Shown here piece by piece: positions 1 through 8,648 of a stretch of 61,857 nt of DNA. Numbering within the stretch: position 1 is the stretch's first letter; the number at the start of each line of letters is the position of its first letter. The notes below the pieces were generated by a model that was given only the letters and a program-made list of their open reading frames with translations, ran no database searches and was not told the DNA's origin. Source of the stretch: a virus. A program made the translations under genes and the position numbers. The stretch lies in the IMG/VR virus record IMGVR_UViG_3300047462_000177, one strand, 5' to 3'.

Positions 1-624
1 TGTTGCTGTTGTTGCTGTTGTTGCTGTTGCCGTGCCCCCGCTGGACACGTTACTTAGCGGGGGTTTGGTTGCAGGAGAATTGTTTTCCGACATTGTGGTC
101 CCACCCGAAGTTACCTCGGTAACAGTGGAACTTGTTGCAGCCCCACCAACCATAGGCGTTGGAGCTGGTACAGGTGCCACAGGAGTAGGTGCTGGCGCGA
201 AGGCAGGAGCCACGGACTGGTTGGCGCTTAGAGAGGCCTGGTTCTGCTTGACCGCAGTATCAATTGCTGTCAGCTCTGCTAGGAGATTCGGATCGATGCC
301 CTGATTGGCGAGATTGGCGAGAGCCTGTGAGAGCTGGGTCTGGAGACTATTTATGTAGTTCACCAGAGAGTTGACCTGCCCTGCACTCACGATGAGATCA
401 GTCTTGAGGTCATTCATCTCTGCTTGGAGCAGTTGTGCTGTTGATTGATTTGACTGTGACATCTCTTCTAGCCTTTCCATGATGATCTTCAACATTTGCC
501 ACGTCATCACAGTTTCGTCTTCACCGCGATTACGTCGCATATCTATTGCCCGCTGATAGATCTGATTAAACCTATTCATGCTTGACATATATGGCATATG
601 ACTTGTGAAGGTAAATGCTGCCAT
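1..624 (-). CDS. hypothetical coiled-coil protein, N-terminal 208 codons of a junction-spanning ORF
   Basis: ATG at 624-622 with GGAAGG about 10 nt upstream. The frame stays open to base 1. It is absent from the supplied track because its stop lies past the window edge. It continues in frame at 61828 once the 29-bp terminal overlap is collapsed. Confidence 0.6.
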   Translation of the reverse strand, partial: MAAFTFTSHMPYMSSMNRFNQIYQRAIDMRRNRGEDETVMTWQMLKIIMERLEEMSQSNQSTAQLLQAEMNDLKTDLIVSAGQVNSLVNYINSLQTQLSQALANLANQGIDPNLLAELTAIDTAVKQNQASLSANQSVAPAFAPAPTPVAPVPAPTPMVGGAATSSTVTEVTSGGTTMSENNSPATKPPLSNVSSGGTATATTATTAT

Positions 625-653
625 CGTTATGTCTCGCCTTCCTAACTTATTGA

Positions 654-788
654 TAGGCCCTGTGGGATTCGAACCCACCTCTATCCTCTTGCAGGATTCC
701 CTTAGTCTTCTCGTTGCCGCTAAACAACTACCTAACTAAAGTCCTATAGCCGCGTACTATAGAAAGCTCACCATCAAGCTTAGGGCCC
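654..788 (-). tRNA. tRNA-like element, 135 nt, non-canonical (interrupted or extended)
   Basis: On the minus strand: 7-bp acceptor stem GGGCCCT/AGGGCCT, D-arm GCTT-GATGGT-GAGC with GG in the loop, and a perfect T-arm GTGGG-TTCGAAT-CCCAC (662-678). About 84 nt lie between the D and T arms instead of about 22. No canonical U33 anticodon loop and no encoded CCA. Confidence 0.45.
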
Positions 789-789
789 T

Positions 790-971
790 CTACGTTAGAT
801 ACATGAAGAGGAGCAGCCTGGGGTCAACAGACTACTCCTCTCACGGATCCCGGAAGGGCTAGGACAGCTGCCGAACAGATCAGCTCTCAGCCACCTCCAG
901 GTTCTAGCCTCCAGTAGGCGTCCAAAGAGGAGCTACCCCTACTGGAGACATCTCAAAACCAAGTGTTAGTG
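790..971 (-). ncRNA. structured non-coding segment between gene 972..1505 and the tRNA-like element
   Basis: The minus strand contains a perfect 10-bp stem CTCCAGTAGG/CCTACTGGAG, a 6-bp GGCTAG/CTAGCC stem and an 8-bp GAGAGGAG/CTCCTCTT stem. No ORF is present. Confidence 0.35.
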
Positions 972-1505
972 TTACGCAGTTTCGGCAATGGCTTCGAGCG
1001 CCACCGGAGGAACTTCAGCCGCAGCCGGCGCCGCATCTTCAGCAGGAGCAGGCTTCGGCTTGGGTTTGGTCGCCCCGAAGATGATCTGGTAGGGGATCGG
1101 TGCGCTGCCGGGAGTACGGAGTTCGTTGACCTCCTTAGTGATCGCAGAGCGCGTGGCACCCTCAGCGTACCGCTTCTTGATGTAGTCGACACGTGCCACA
1201 CCGTTCGTCAGCATGACTTTCGCACCTTCCTTCGCAGCCGGAAGATACTCAGGCTTGGGAACTTCTAGCGCCGCAGCTTCGGCTGCAGCCGTGGTCTCGC
1301 TCGCGGTCTCGCTCGCGGTGACAGGAGCAGTTGCGGGAGTGGCTTCAGCGATGGGAGCTTCGACATGGATATGAGTCGGCGCTGCCGGGGTGATGTGCTC
1401 GACATGAGCAGTGACTGGAGCGACATGAGCCGGAGCCTGAGCCGCCGGTGGAGTTTCCTGAGCTACAGTCTCCACGTGAGAGGTATCCTTGGTGTGAGCC
1501 TTCAT
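972..1505 (-). CDS. hypothetical DNA-binding protein, Ala/Pro/Thr-rich, with a C-terminal HTH-like 'YQ' domain
   Basis: The domain RVDYIKKRYAEGATRSAITKEV..IPYQIIF is paralogous to 15473..15667 and to the C-terminus of 10317..10853. Promoter at 1557-1586. Confidence 0.6.
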   Translation of the reverse strand: MKAHTKDTSHVETVAQETPPAAQAPAHVAPVTAHVEHITPAAPTHIHVEAPIAEATPATAPVTASETASETTAAAEAAALEVPKPEYLPAAKEGAKVMLTNGVARVDYIKKRYAEGATRSAITKEVNELRTPGSAPIPYQIIFGATKPKPKPAPAEDAAPAAAEVPPVALEAIAETA

Positions 1506-1556
1506 CTGGTGTATCCTTCAAAAAGAGCGCTAAGCTGTATGCTTGCTAACTCCTAG

Positions 1557-1586
1557 ATTATAGCTTAGACAATATAGGACAATCAA
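1557..1586 (-). promoter_or_regulatory. sigma70-type promoter (TTGATT-N18-TATAAT)
   Basis: -10 complement attata at 1557-1562; -35 complement aatcaa at 1581-1586; GGTGACC box upstream. Confidence 0.6.
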
Positions 1587-1645
1587 GTGAAATCTGATGG
1601 TCACCAAAAATCTCTTTTTCGAGACGCCCGCTCGAACTGTGGCCA

Positions 1646-1672
1646 GGCAGACGCCTGCGATGCACCGCGAGA
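1646..1672. repeat. GC-rich dispersed repeat family 1, copy A
   Basis: ggcagacgcctgcgatgcaccgcgaga is identical over 27 nt to 58492-58518. Confidence 0.85.
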
Positions 1673-1676
1673 ACCA

Positions 1677-1769
1677 TTAGAACGGGTTCTTGTGGGTGAC
1701 GATGATGTAGATGTACAGAGCAGCGGCACCTAAGATTCCTCCGGTACTTATTAGCAGTAAGGCATACAT
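1677..1769 (-). CDS. possible 30-aa hydrophobic peptide
   Basis: Hand translation gives MYALLLISTGGILGAAALYIYIIVTHKNPF. It is below the track threshold and has no clear SD. Confidence 0.25.
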   Translation of the reverse strand: MYALLLISTGGILGAAALYIYIIVTHKNPF

Positions 1770-1812
1770 GGTGTGTAAGCTTTCAGGTGATTAGGTATTA
1801 TGTTAGGTTGAG

Positions 1813-4533
1813 CTATGTCGTATCTGCTTGATCGGGTTTGGGTGTGGGGAGCTCTGTGACGCGGTATGTTTGTTGGCCACTCTGTTCCCCAGCCATTCGG
1901 ACTCCGGCTGTGGACGCTATCAGACTGTAATGTGCCTTGAAATACCTGTCTAGGCGGCGAGCATTAGATAGGATAGGATTACTACGGAACTCACCCATCT
2001 CAACCCAAGCAACTATGTCTAGCATAGTGAAAAGATCCTGAGGACTGCCTTCTCGCCAATTAGTCGTGAACTCGATGATACCCTGAAGCACCCAATCGCT
2101 ATCCGTCGAGGCATTAAGCTGGATCTCCTTCACAGTCTTACGCACGAAGGATTTATCCATACCCACTACTCGAGCTGCAATACCTAAGGCTTGCTCTAGA
2201 TTGGCTAGGCGATGGATAGTATGGAAATTCTCATCCCAGCCACCTTCTTCGACAGGTTTGGCTGCCAACTTGAAGAACCTATGGAGGAATACCAATTGAT
2301 GGGCCATCCACATTTCTCGGCCACCAAACAATTCCATCTTCTTCCGCACCCAATCACTATCGGGGGCCTTGCCTAAGTTGCAAGTCTCGAATATGGTGGA
2401 TCTGGAGAAGAGGTCGGCATTCTGGAAGGGTTGTGTGACAGCTGTGAAACCGAACGTCACATCAACCGGGAATCGAATTAGATCGGCAGTAGTGTAGAGT
2501 TGTCGTACCTCAATCGTGGGATGCGGCTCTGTAGTGAGTCGACAGATCTCGTCTGACATCCTTTGCTTCAGGTCATTCTTGGTGAAGTGGACGTTATCAA
2601 TCACGTGTAGGCCGCCACTATTGGCAAGGGAAGCCTGCCAGTCCTTAATGTCATTAGGCAGATTACGCAGATGAGGACGACCTGTTAGGATATTTAGGCG
2701 CATCTCGTAGAGGCTAGACTTACCACTTCCAGGACCACCTATCATGATCTCCACAGGTAGTTGGATACCTTTCCAACGTTGGAGCCAAGGTGAGATGTAG
2801 TAAAGCAAGGTAGCTAACTCGCGCATACGATGCCCCTGAGGGCTTATCGGGATATCTAGTGAATCTACCTCATCAGGATTCTTATCAGGAAAGGCTGTCT
2901 GGAGGTCCTTCAAATTCCTGCCAATGTTAGTATCCTGGAGGATTTCCCACCACCAGGGTGCTAAAGGCCCTGGCTCCGCATTGATCTGCTCGAAAGCCTC
3001 TAAGACCGTATCTACGTCAAGGGGCTCGACATGATTCTGTTCGAAGAGCAAGCCTAGATCACCATTAGTGCAAAGCTTAATAGGCTCTTCTGTACTTGAT
3101 GAGACAGTGATGAAATTGCTGTCCCCTACTTGGATAGCTATACCATTTGGGTTAGTTGGATCTTCCTTCTCCGTTACTAATGCTCGTACGCGGCGAGGTG
3201 TCACATCCACGATGGGTTCTTCACCTGTAAACTGTGATGCCAACCATGTCAAGACTTTGATGTCACCAGCTCCTAGCCCAAATCTCTGGTACAGTAGGAC
3301 ACCAAAAGGAGTCTCATGCATGAACTGCCCACGACCATTGAGGATAGTAGCAGGCATTAACTTGTATGTCTCCCTGTTGTAGTAGTATGGCTGCCCTGAA
3401 TAAGTATCTCGGAATCGCATCCCATCAGAATCAAGCTCTGCCATGATAACATGGCCAATCTGCTGTGCTAGTTTTCGGTCTTGGAAGTTATTCAGTTGTG
3501 TCCCCAAGAACCCCTTTGAGTTAGGATGTCTAGGGAATTTAGTAGGATCATGGAAGATCTCATGCATCTCCCTGATTATCTGTGACGGCCCATGGATCAT
3601 CAAGTAGTCATCGAGGCCTGTCTTAGTATCCTCATCAGGATGCACTACAGCATCTGCAGGCCTATTGTGGATGTCTGGTAGGATCAACTGTCGGATGCGA
3701 GTTGCGGGCAAACCTAGGTATCGCAATTCATAGCCTAGCATAGTCAATGATCGTTGGATGTCTGCTTTCATTGTCCCGCCAATATCACTATCAAAGATTA
3801 GTACAGGCGTGATATTGAACTGGTTAATGACATCCATCATGTCTTGGAAGCCTTCAGCAAGTGTCATCATTTCAGGCAGTCTGGTATTGCTTCCAGGTAG
3901 CTTGGCTTTGATATCTTGCTTGTTGGAGGTAAGCTCTACTTCCTTTGGCAAGCTTATAGTCCGTGATTTCCAAGAGTCGACACCGCCAAGACCAACAGTA
4001 GGGATTCCCATCTTGGTAGCACAGGCAGCCTTCTTCTCTCCCTCGGTGATCACAAGCATGGCTTGTTGTGGCCACTTTTTCACCCAAGCAATCAGGGTGG
4101 CGTAGAACGCTGGAGGGAAATAGATATGGTTATTGGACTTAGTTGGCTGTCTGTACTTAGAGCCTGACACATTGCTGTTGAAGACCTTAACACGGTAGAA
4201 ATCAATTACAGCTCCTCTTATCGTGTAGTAGGGAATCTTATACCCATCAGCATTTAACGCACCAATAGACCTGCGCATATCAGCATTAAGGAACTGTACA
4301 TCTAGTTCCTCAGGTGTGAGACCACTCTTCGCTAAGTCCGCTATGACTCTTGGATCATATACCTGTTTTGGGTCCTTACCTGATTTTAGGTCAGTAAACA
4401 AGACAACGTTTCCTCCTAGGTCCTCCCCCGAGGGCCCAGAATTAACCGTATTAGGGTCCATTTTAGTTAGCCTCAGACTATAGACTCTTAGTTGCCTAGT
4501 TCCCCACAAAGCTAAGAGTCTGTCAACCCCCAA
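1813..4533 (-). CDS. bifunctional DNA primase / P-loop helicase (Toprim/DUF3854-like N-terminal half plus SF3/D5-like ATPase)
   Basis: ITEGEKKA..GLGGVDSW..IFDSD Toprim-like acidic motifs and a GGPGSGKS Walker A. The likely true start is the ATG at 4461 (MDPNTV) with GAGG upstream. Confidence 0.75.
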   Translation of the reverse strand: MGVDRLLALWGTRQLRVYSLRLTKMDPNTVNSGPSGEDLGGNVVLFTDLKSGKDPKQVYDPRVIADLAKSGLTPEELDVQFLNADMRRSIGALNADGYKIPYYTIRGAVIDFYRVKVFNSNVSGSKYRQPTKSNNHIYFPPAFYATLIAWVKKWPQQAMLVITEGEKKAACATKMGIPTVGLGGVDSWKSRTISLPKEVELTSNKQDIKAKLPGSNTRLPEMMTLAEGFQDMMDVINQFNITPVLIFDSDIGGTMKADIQRSLTMLGYELRYLGLPATRIRQLILPDIHNRPADAVVHPDEDTKTGLDDYLMIHGPSQIIREMHEIFHDPTKFPRHPNSKGFLGTQLNNFQDRKLAQQIGHVIMAELDSDGMRFRDTYSGQPYYYNRETYKLMPATILNGRGQFMHETPFGVLLYQRFGLGAGDIKVLTWLASQFTGEEPIVDVTPRRVRALVTEKEDPTNPNGIAIQVGDSNFITVSSSTEEPIKLCTNGDLGLLFEQNHVEPLDVDTVLEAFEQINAEPGPLAPWWWEILQDTNIGRNLKDLQTAFPDKNPDEVDSLDIPISPQGHRMRELATLLYYISPWLQRWKGIQLPVEIMIGGPGSGKSSLYEMRLNILTGRPHLRNLPNDIKDWQASLANSGGLHVIDNVHFTKNDLKQRMSDEICRLTTEPHPTIEVRQLYTTADLIRFPVDVTFGFTAVTQPFQNADLFSRSTIFETCNLGKAPDSDWVRKKMELFGGREMWMAHQLVFLHRFFKLAAKPVEEGGWDENFHTIHRLANLEQALGIAARVVGMDKSFVRKTVKEIQLNASTDSDWVLQGIIEFTTNWREGSPQDLFTMLDIVAWVEMGEFRSNPILSNARRLDRYFKAHYSLIASTAGVRMAGEQSGQQTYRVTELPTPKPDQADTT

Positions 4534-4573
4534 AGCCTGTCAGAGTAGAGTAATGCAGCTGCGGTTACGGGGC

Positions 4574-4909
4574 TTACCCGTACTGAGGACGCTGCTGGAT
4601 CTTGACCAGCTCATCAGCATTCGGCAGTCGAATGACTGTGTACGCTCTATTCTGACCAATAGGTGATACAGTTGTCCTCACCTCTCGGATGATCTTGCCT
4701 TCGCGGACGAGCTTCTCCAATACAGGACGCCACTCAACAGGCTTCACATGTGGTCCAATACCAGTGTGAAGCATGGTAGGCATCAGGATTGGGTACAGAG
4801 TCAGGACATGGATGATCCTCTTCTCCATTTCATCCATATCTTCGCCTGCCAGACGCTCGAACATCTGGTTTTTCTCGGCAGCCACTTTAACCGGATCCTG
4901 GTAGTTCAT
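4574..4909 (-). CDS. hypothetical protein, possible winged-helix
   Basis: 111-aa ORF. The C-terminal segment LEKLVREGKIIREVRTTVSPIGQNRAYTVIRL looks like a wHTH wing. Confidence 0.45.
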   Translation of the reverse strand: MNYQDPVKVAAEKNQMFERLAGEDMDEMEKRIIHVLTLYPILMPTMLHTGIGPHVKPVEWRPVLEKLVREGKIIREVRTTVSPIGQNRAYTVIRLPNADELVKIQQRPQYG

Positions 4910-4965
4910 TTGAGTATCCTCGTAAGGTAGGGTGTCAGAGTGTCAGAGTATGATGGTATCTGGTA

Positions 4966-4998
4966 GCTATTTGCGGCTATTTGCGGCTATTTACGGCT
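4966..4998. repeat. tandem repeat, 10-mer x3.3 (gctatttgcg)
   Basis: Sits between the stop of 4987..5367 and the start of 4574..4909. A second repeat, tgtcagag x2, lies at 4933-4948. Confidence 0.9.
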
Positions 4999-5367
4999 GA
5001 ACCGCATTTGCTCCATCTCGAGTTCGTATTCGACCTGAGACAGGAGCTCAGCACTGAGAACTTCTCGGCACTTCTCTGGGGAGATCCTCACCTGAGTGAC
5101 TTTCTCCCTTGTCATCTTGTAGACCTCGCCCGTAGCCTCCTTCTTGTCATCTAGACGTGCCTTCAAGGCTGTGCCTAGAAACTTGTCAGCCATTTCGAAG
5201 TGGGCTTTCCACTTTCGTATCCTCGCCACTTCATCGACCAAGGTCTCTGGCGTAGCATTTCCCAGTGAAGGGGGCACATACTTAGCTGGAGCCTCTGGTA
5301 GATCGATATTGGCAATCATGTAGGTAGCCACCTTCGCAGCTGTGGTCGTGCTCATTATGTTCTCCAC
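4987..5367 (-). CDS. hypothetical protein
   Basis: ORF with promoter 5378-5407. The likely start is the ATG at 5355 (MSTTTAAK) after GGAGAA. Confidence 0.6.
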   Translation of the reverse strand: MENIMSTTTAAKVATYMIANIDLPEAPAKYVPPSLGNATPETLVDEVARIRKWKAHFEMADKFLGTALKARLDDKKEATGEVYKMTREKVTQVRISPEKCREVLSAELLSQVEYELEMEQMRFSRK

Positions 5368-5377
5368 ACATTCTATG

Positions 5378-5407
5378 ATTATACTATAGGCATTCTAGGC
5401 TAATCAA
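5378..5407 (-). promoter_or_regulatory. sigma70-type promoter (TTGATT-N18-TATAAT)
   Basis: attata at 5378-5383 and aatcaa at 5402-5407. The upstream box ATAAAATTCCTC is shared with promoter 54955-54984. Confidence 0.6.
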
Positions 5408-5431
5408 GAGGAATTTTATAGTGCCTCTCGA

Positions 5432-5827
<396 letters not shown>

Positions 5828-6242
5828 ATGCGTTGTCCTCTGCTATGAACTTGATTGGGGGTTCTTCGTCCACATCCGCGTTAGGGTAATTGTGATTGTG
5901 ATCGTACTCTTCGCGGTATTTGTCTGCTAGTTCCTGAAGTAGATCTTTTCTCCTGTCTCCCTTCTCTCCTTTCGATGGGCGTAGCATCTCCACCAGCTGT
6001 TGGAGCTCAGTGAAGACATGAGCATATTGCAAGATCCTTTCCTGAATTAGGCTCATAGCTTGTACTAATTCATGATTGACCTCATGCGTGGACCAGCGCT
6101 TGCCGCAACTTGGGCACTCTTTACGCCTTCTTCGTCCGTATTCATCTGGTCTGGTATCCTTTACTATGGCTCCCATCTCCAGACAATATGGGCACATGTC
6201 TCCCTGAGACATTTTCTTGTGCTGCTCCTGTTGTTACTTCTC

Positions 6243-6521
6243 CTAGCGCTTCTTTAGGGCTAACGAGCCACGGGTGGCTTCATCTTGGTTGAAGTTCTGA
6301 TGTCGTTCGAAGTATTCCATTTTTCGCCTGGCAATGGTGAGTTCGTGTTCAGCACGTCGACGCATAGTGAAGTCCGTCTCATTCTTGGCGAAGAACTCCA
6401 GCATGAGCATGAGCATGTTATCATAATGCTTGAGCCAGAGCTGTGTCGCCCTAATCGAATGGTAAGACACTACTCTATTTGACCTTAATGGATTATCCTC
6501 GTACAAGATTAACGTTGCCAT
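6243..6521 (-). CDS. hypothetical protein
   Basis: 92-aa ORF downstream of promoter 6553-6582. Confidence 0.55.
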   Translation of the reverse strand: MATLILYEDNPLRSNRVVSYHSIRATQLWLKHYDNMLMLMLEFFAKNETDFTMRRRAEHELTIARRKMEYFERHQNFNQDEATRGSLALKKR

Positions 6522-6552
6522 AGAGTTGATCCCTTCATTTATCTACAACTAT

Positions 6553-6582
6553 ATTATAGAGATAGACTACAGTTGGTCTCAA
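6553..6582 (-). promoter_or_regulatory. sigma70-type promoter (TTGAGA-N18-TATAAT)
   Basis: attata at 6553-6558 and tctcaa at 6577-6582. The upstream CATTTTGACCA box is shared with 60144-60172. Confidence 0.55.
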
Positions 6583-6636
6583 TGGTCAAAATGAAGACCA
6601 GTCTTAGATTTCTTGTGGTCCAACACGCTGAGGTGA

Positions 6637-6661
6637 GGCAGACGCCTGCGCCGCGACGCGA
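6637..6661. repeat. GC-rich dispersed repeat family 1, copy B
   Basis: ggcagacgcctgcgccgcgacgcga is identical over 25 nt to 6890-6914. Confidence 0.85.
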
Positions 6662-6671
6662 ACATGGGTGG

Positions 6672-7427
6672 TTAGTTATTGTCCTCCTCTTCTGCTTTCA
6701 TGTCTTCTGGTGACATGTATTTGATGTAGGTCTCGCCAAAGGTTCCTTGACCAATGTCCAAGCAACCACCTGCAGCTAAGTCTGCGATCTCATGTGGATG
6801 GATTATGAGCACCTTTGTGGGTGTAGTCTTTTGTTCAGCCTGTCTTTTGGCAAGGATAGTTAAAAAACGGAGCTCTGGGGTGAATGTAGGGCAGACGCCT
6901 GCGCCGCGACGCGACAGGTCGACGCTACGGAGTTGAGTGCGAAGCAATTTAGCTGCATCACTGCCAATACCATCTTTTAGACCTATAGCATAGGCTTGAT
7001 TAACTAGATGCTGCAGCATTAACTGGATATCAAGTTCTGGTAAGGAGCAATTGGCTCCCCTCAGTTGCTGAGCGTAGACAGCTGCATGATCACGGACGTC
7101 GTCGACTTGAGGCGCCTCAGTGATTTTATAGTCCTCACGTTCAGCTACCTCTATGTAGAAGACTGAGTCGTCGTAGACTTGCTCACCATCATCGATCGCC
7201 TCCCAGATGTACTTGGGTTTGGACCCAAAGCCAAATGGCCACATAACCCTTGTTGGGTTCTGGATCTCGTACAGCTTGCAGATGTTATCAATACAATCCG
7301 CGATCTTTTGATGTGACTTGGCAGGCATTATCACAGGTACAGGGAAAGAGACCTCGATCTTGCTGATCTTCCTACGCTCCATTTTCCGTTCGCTGTCGTT
7401 GCTGTTGTCGTTCGAATTCGTGTTCAT
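6672..7427 (-). CDS. hypothetical protein (251 aa from the ATG at 7427)
   Basis: The track ORF extends to 7574, but the upstream gene stops at 7430-7432 and an ATG (MNTNSNDNS) follows 2 nt later. Repeat copy C lies in frame inside this gene. Confidence 0.6.
   Translation of the reverse strand: MNTNSNDNSNDSERKMERRKISKIEVSFPVPVIMPAKSHQKIADCIDNICKLYEIQNPTRVMWPFGFGSKPKYIWEAIDDGEQVYDDSVFYIEVAEREDYKITEAPQVDDVRDHAAVYAQQLRGANCSLPELDIQLMLQHLVNQAYAIGLKDGIGSDAAKLLRTQLRSVDLSRRGAGVCPTFTPELRFLTILAKRQAEQKTTPTKVLIIHPHEIADLAAGGCLDIGQGTFGETYIKYMSPEDMKAEEEDNN
6877..6914. repeat. GC-rich dispersed repeat family 1, copy C (inside coding sequence)
   Basis: 6877-6903 is identical to 58479-58505, and 6890-6914 is identical to 6637-6661. 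Confidence 0.85.
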
Positions 7428-7429
7428 GG

Positions 7430-7660
7430 TTACTTTGCCTTGTCGGTTATGGTGATAGTCACATCCCAGCCTAGACTTGTGCCTATACTGCGTATTCGCT
7501 CGTACCAGCCTGAAGCATTCCCTGTCGAGAGGATCTCTCCAGGGAACTGCTCCTGAGACAGGCACATAGCACACAGCAGATCAAATGCCTGAGCATCTGT
7601 GATCTGCTGCCCCGCCTTTGGCTGTGTTATTTTCTGCCTCTTTGGTTGCCAGAAGGCCAT
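7430..7660 (-). CDS. hypothetical protein
   Basis: 76-aa ORF tightly packed with its neighbours. Confidence 0.5.
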   Translation of the reverse strand: MAFWQPKRQKITQPKAGQQITDAQAFDLLCAMCLSQEQFPGEILSTGNASGWYERIRSIGTSLGWDVTITITDKAK

Positions 7661-7715
7661 GATTGTTATTACCTCTCCTGTTCCCTCTTCTTATCGTAGA
7701 CTTGCTCAATACCCA

Positions 7716-8282
7716 TTACACGTCTCCTTTCTGGTTAGGATGTATGAGGCTCTTGTCCATTTGATTGGTGGTGTTGTCTCCTTTTGAACGTACATGGAAG
7801 ACTTCACTTAGGAGCTTGTCAACAGTCTCATGCAACTCACTCCTAAGTTTGTCTTTTAGTGAACTGCCTATGTTGATGACGTGTTGCTTCATCTCCCCTT
7901 CGAAGTCTGCAGCAACAAGTTTAGTCATGATATATTCAGCTCGAGTTATGCTGCTGGAGTAAGAAGTGCATGGCTTACCTTGCTTATCTACCTTAGTATT
8001 CCAGTAGTCACCAATGAGGATTTCCAATTCCTTTCGGATGGTCGTAGTCTTACCGACTTGCTGACCAAAACTATCGACGCGGCAAAATTCGCGCTCGAAG
8101 CTCTGTTTGATTGCCTCCTCCACTGCTCTCGTGATCTGTGCGTTAGCGACAGTCTGGAATAGTTTGTCGATTCGTTCATCTACGGCATGCTGTATTCTCT
8201 TCCTCATATCAGCACTATGTATCATCTCGTCGGCGACTTTGCAGATGATGCCTTCTTCGATCGCCTCTTGGCTGAGTTCCAT
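7716..8282 (-). CDS. hypothetical protein
   Basis: 188-aa ORF predicted to be helical. Confidence 0.6.
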   Translation of the reverse strand: MELSQEAIEEGIICKVADEMIHSADMRKRIQHAVDERIDKLFQTVANAQITRAVEEAIKQSFEREFCRVDSFGQQVGKTTTIRKELEILIGDYWNTKVDKQGKPCTSYSSSITRAEYIMTKLVAADFEGEMKQHVINIGSSLKDKLRSELHETVDKLLSEVFHVRSKGDNTTNQMDKSLIHPNQKGDV

Positions 8283-8303
8283 GATAGACTCTTTCTGCTG
8301 TTG

Positions 8304-8648
8304 TTACTGTAGGTGTTGGAGGAGAAACTTACCTGGGAGCAGGTTCGCGTCCCAGATATTGAGAGCCTGGTAGATGCTGAATCCTGTGGAGAGGAACATT
8401 ACCAGCAATAGTGCCGATCGAAACGTGATTGGCGGGCGCCGAAAGCAGCGCGAAGCGCTTGGAACCCTTGGAATTGGAACCCTTGCTTTTGGACTTGGAA
8501 TTGCAACTTGCGCGCGTGTTATGCCTGCAAATACCGTAGTAGTGAGACAGGCTGCCTGGATCACTACTTGGCGACCAAGCATGTAGACCGCATGGAGATC
8601 ACCTGAGGACTTTGCCAGCAACGTTAGAGTAAGTTCATCAGGGCTCAT
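8304..8648 (-). CDS. hypothetical membrane protein
   Basis: ATGA start/stop overlap with 8645..9079 at 8645-8648. C-terminal hydrophobic segment ALLLVMFLSTGFSIY. Contains repeat family 2 copy E. Confidence 0.45.
   Translation of the reverse strand: MSPDELTLTLLAKSSGDLHAVYMLGRQVVIQAACLTTTVFAGITRAQVAIPSPKARVPIPRVPSASRCFRRPPITFRSALLLVMFLSTGFSIYQALNIWDANLLPGKFLLQHLQ
8447..8467. repeat. GC-rich dispersed repeat family 2, copy E (partial)
   Basis: agcgcgaagcgcttggaaccc matches the reverse complement of 42837-42857. Confidence 0.8.

Noticed and set aside
1-29. The 29-nt identical ends as genuine direct terminal repeats of the virion DNA.
   Set aside because: An ORF reads through the junction in frame only when the overlap is collapsed, and 29 nt is typical of assembler k-mer overlap. 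Real termini cannot be ruled out without read data.
654-700. The tRNA 3' half as a phage attP core for integration into a host tRNA gene.
   Set aside because: No tyrosine or serine recombinase, excisionase or CI-like repressor could be recognised anywhere in the genome. The element also has its own matching 5' acceptor strand and D-arm at 763-788, which an attP fragment would not need.
654-971. A phage-encoded tmRNA.
   Set aside because: The 5' acceptor strand lies only about 130 nt from the T-arm and is followed by a normal D-arm. I could find no tag-peptide reading frame with a resume codon and no pseudoknot series. The length is far below the roughly 350 nt typical of tmRNA.
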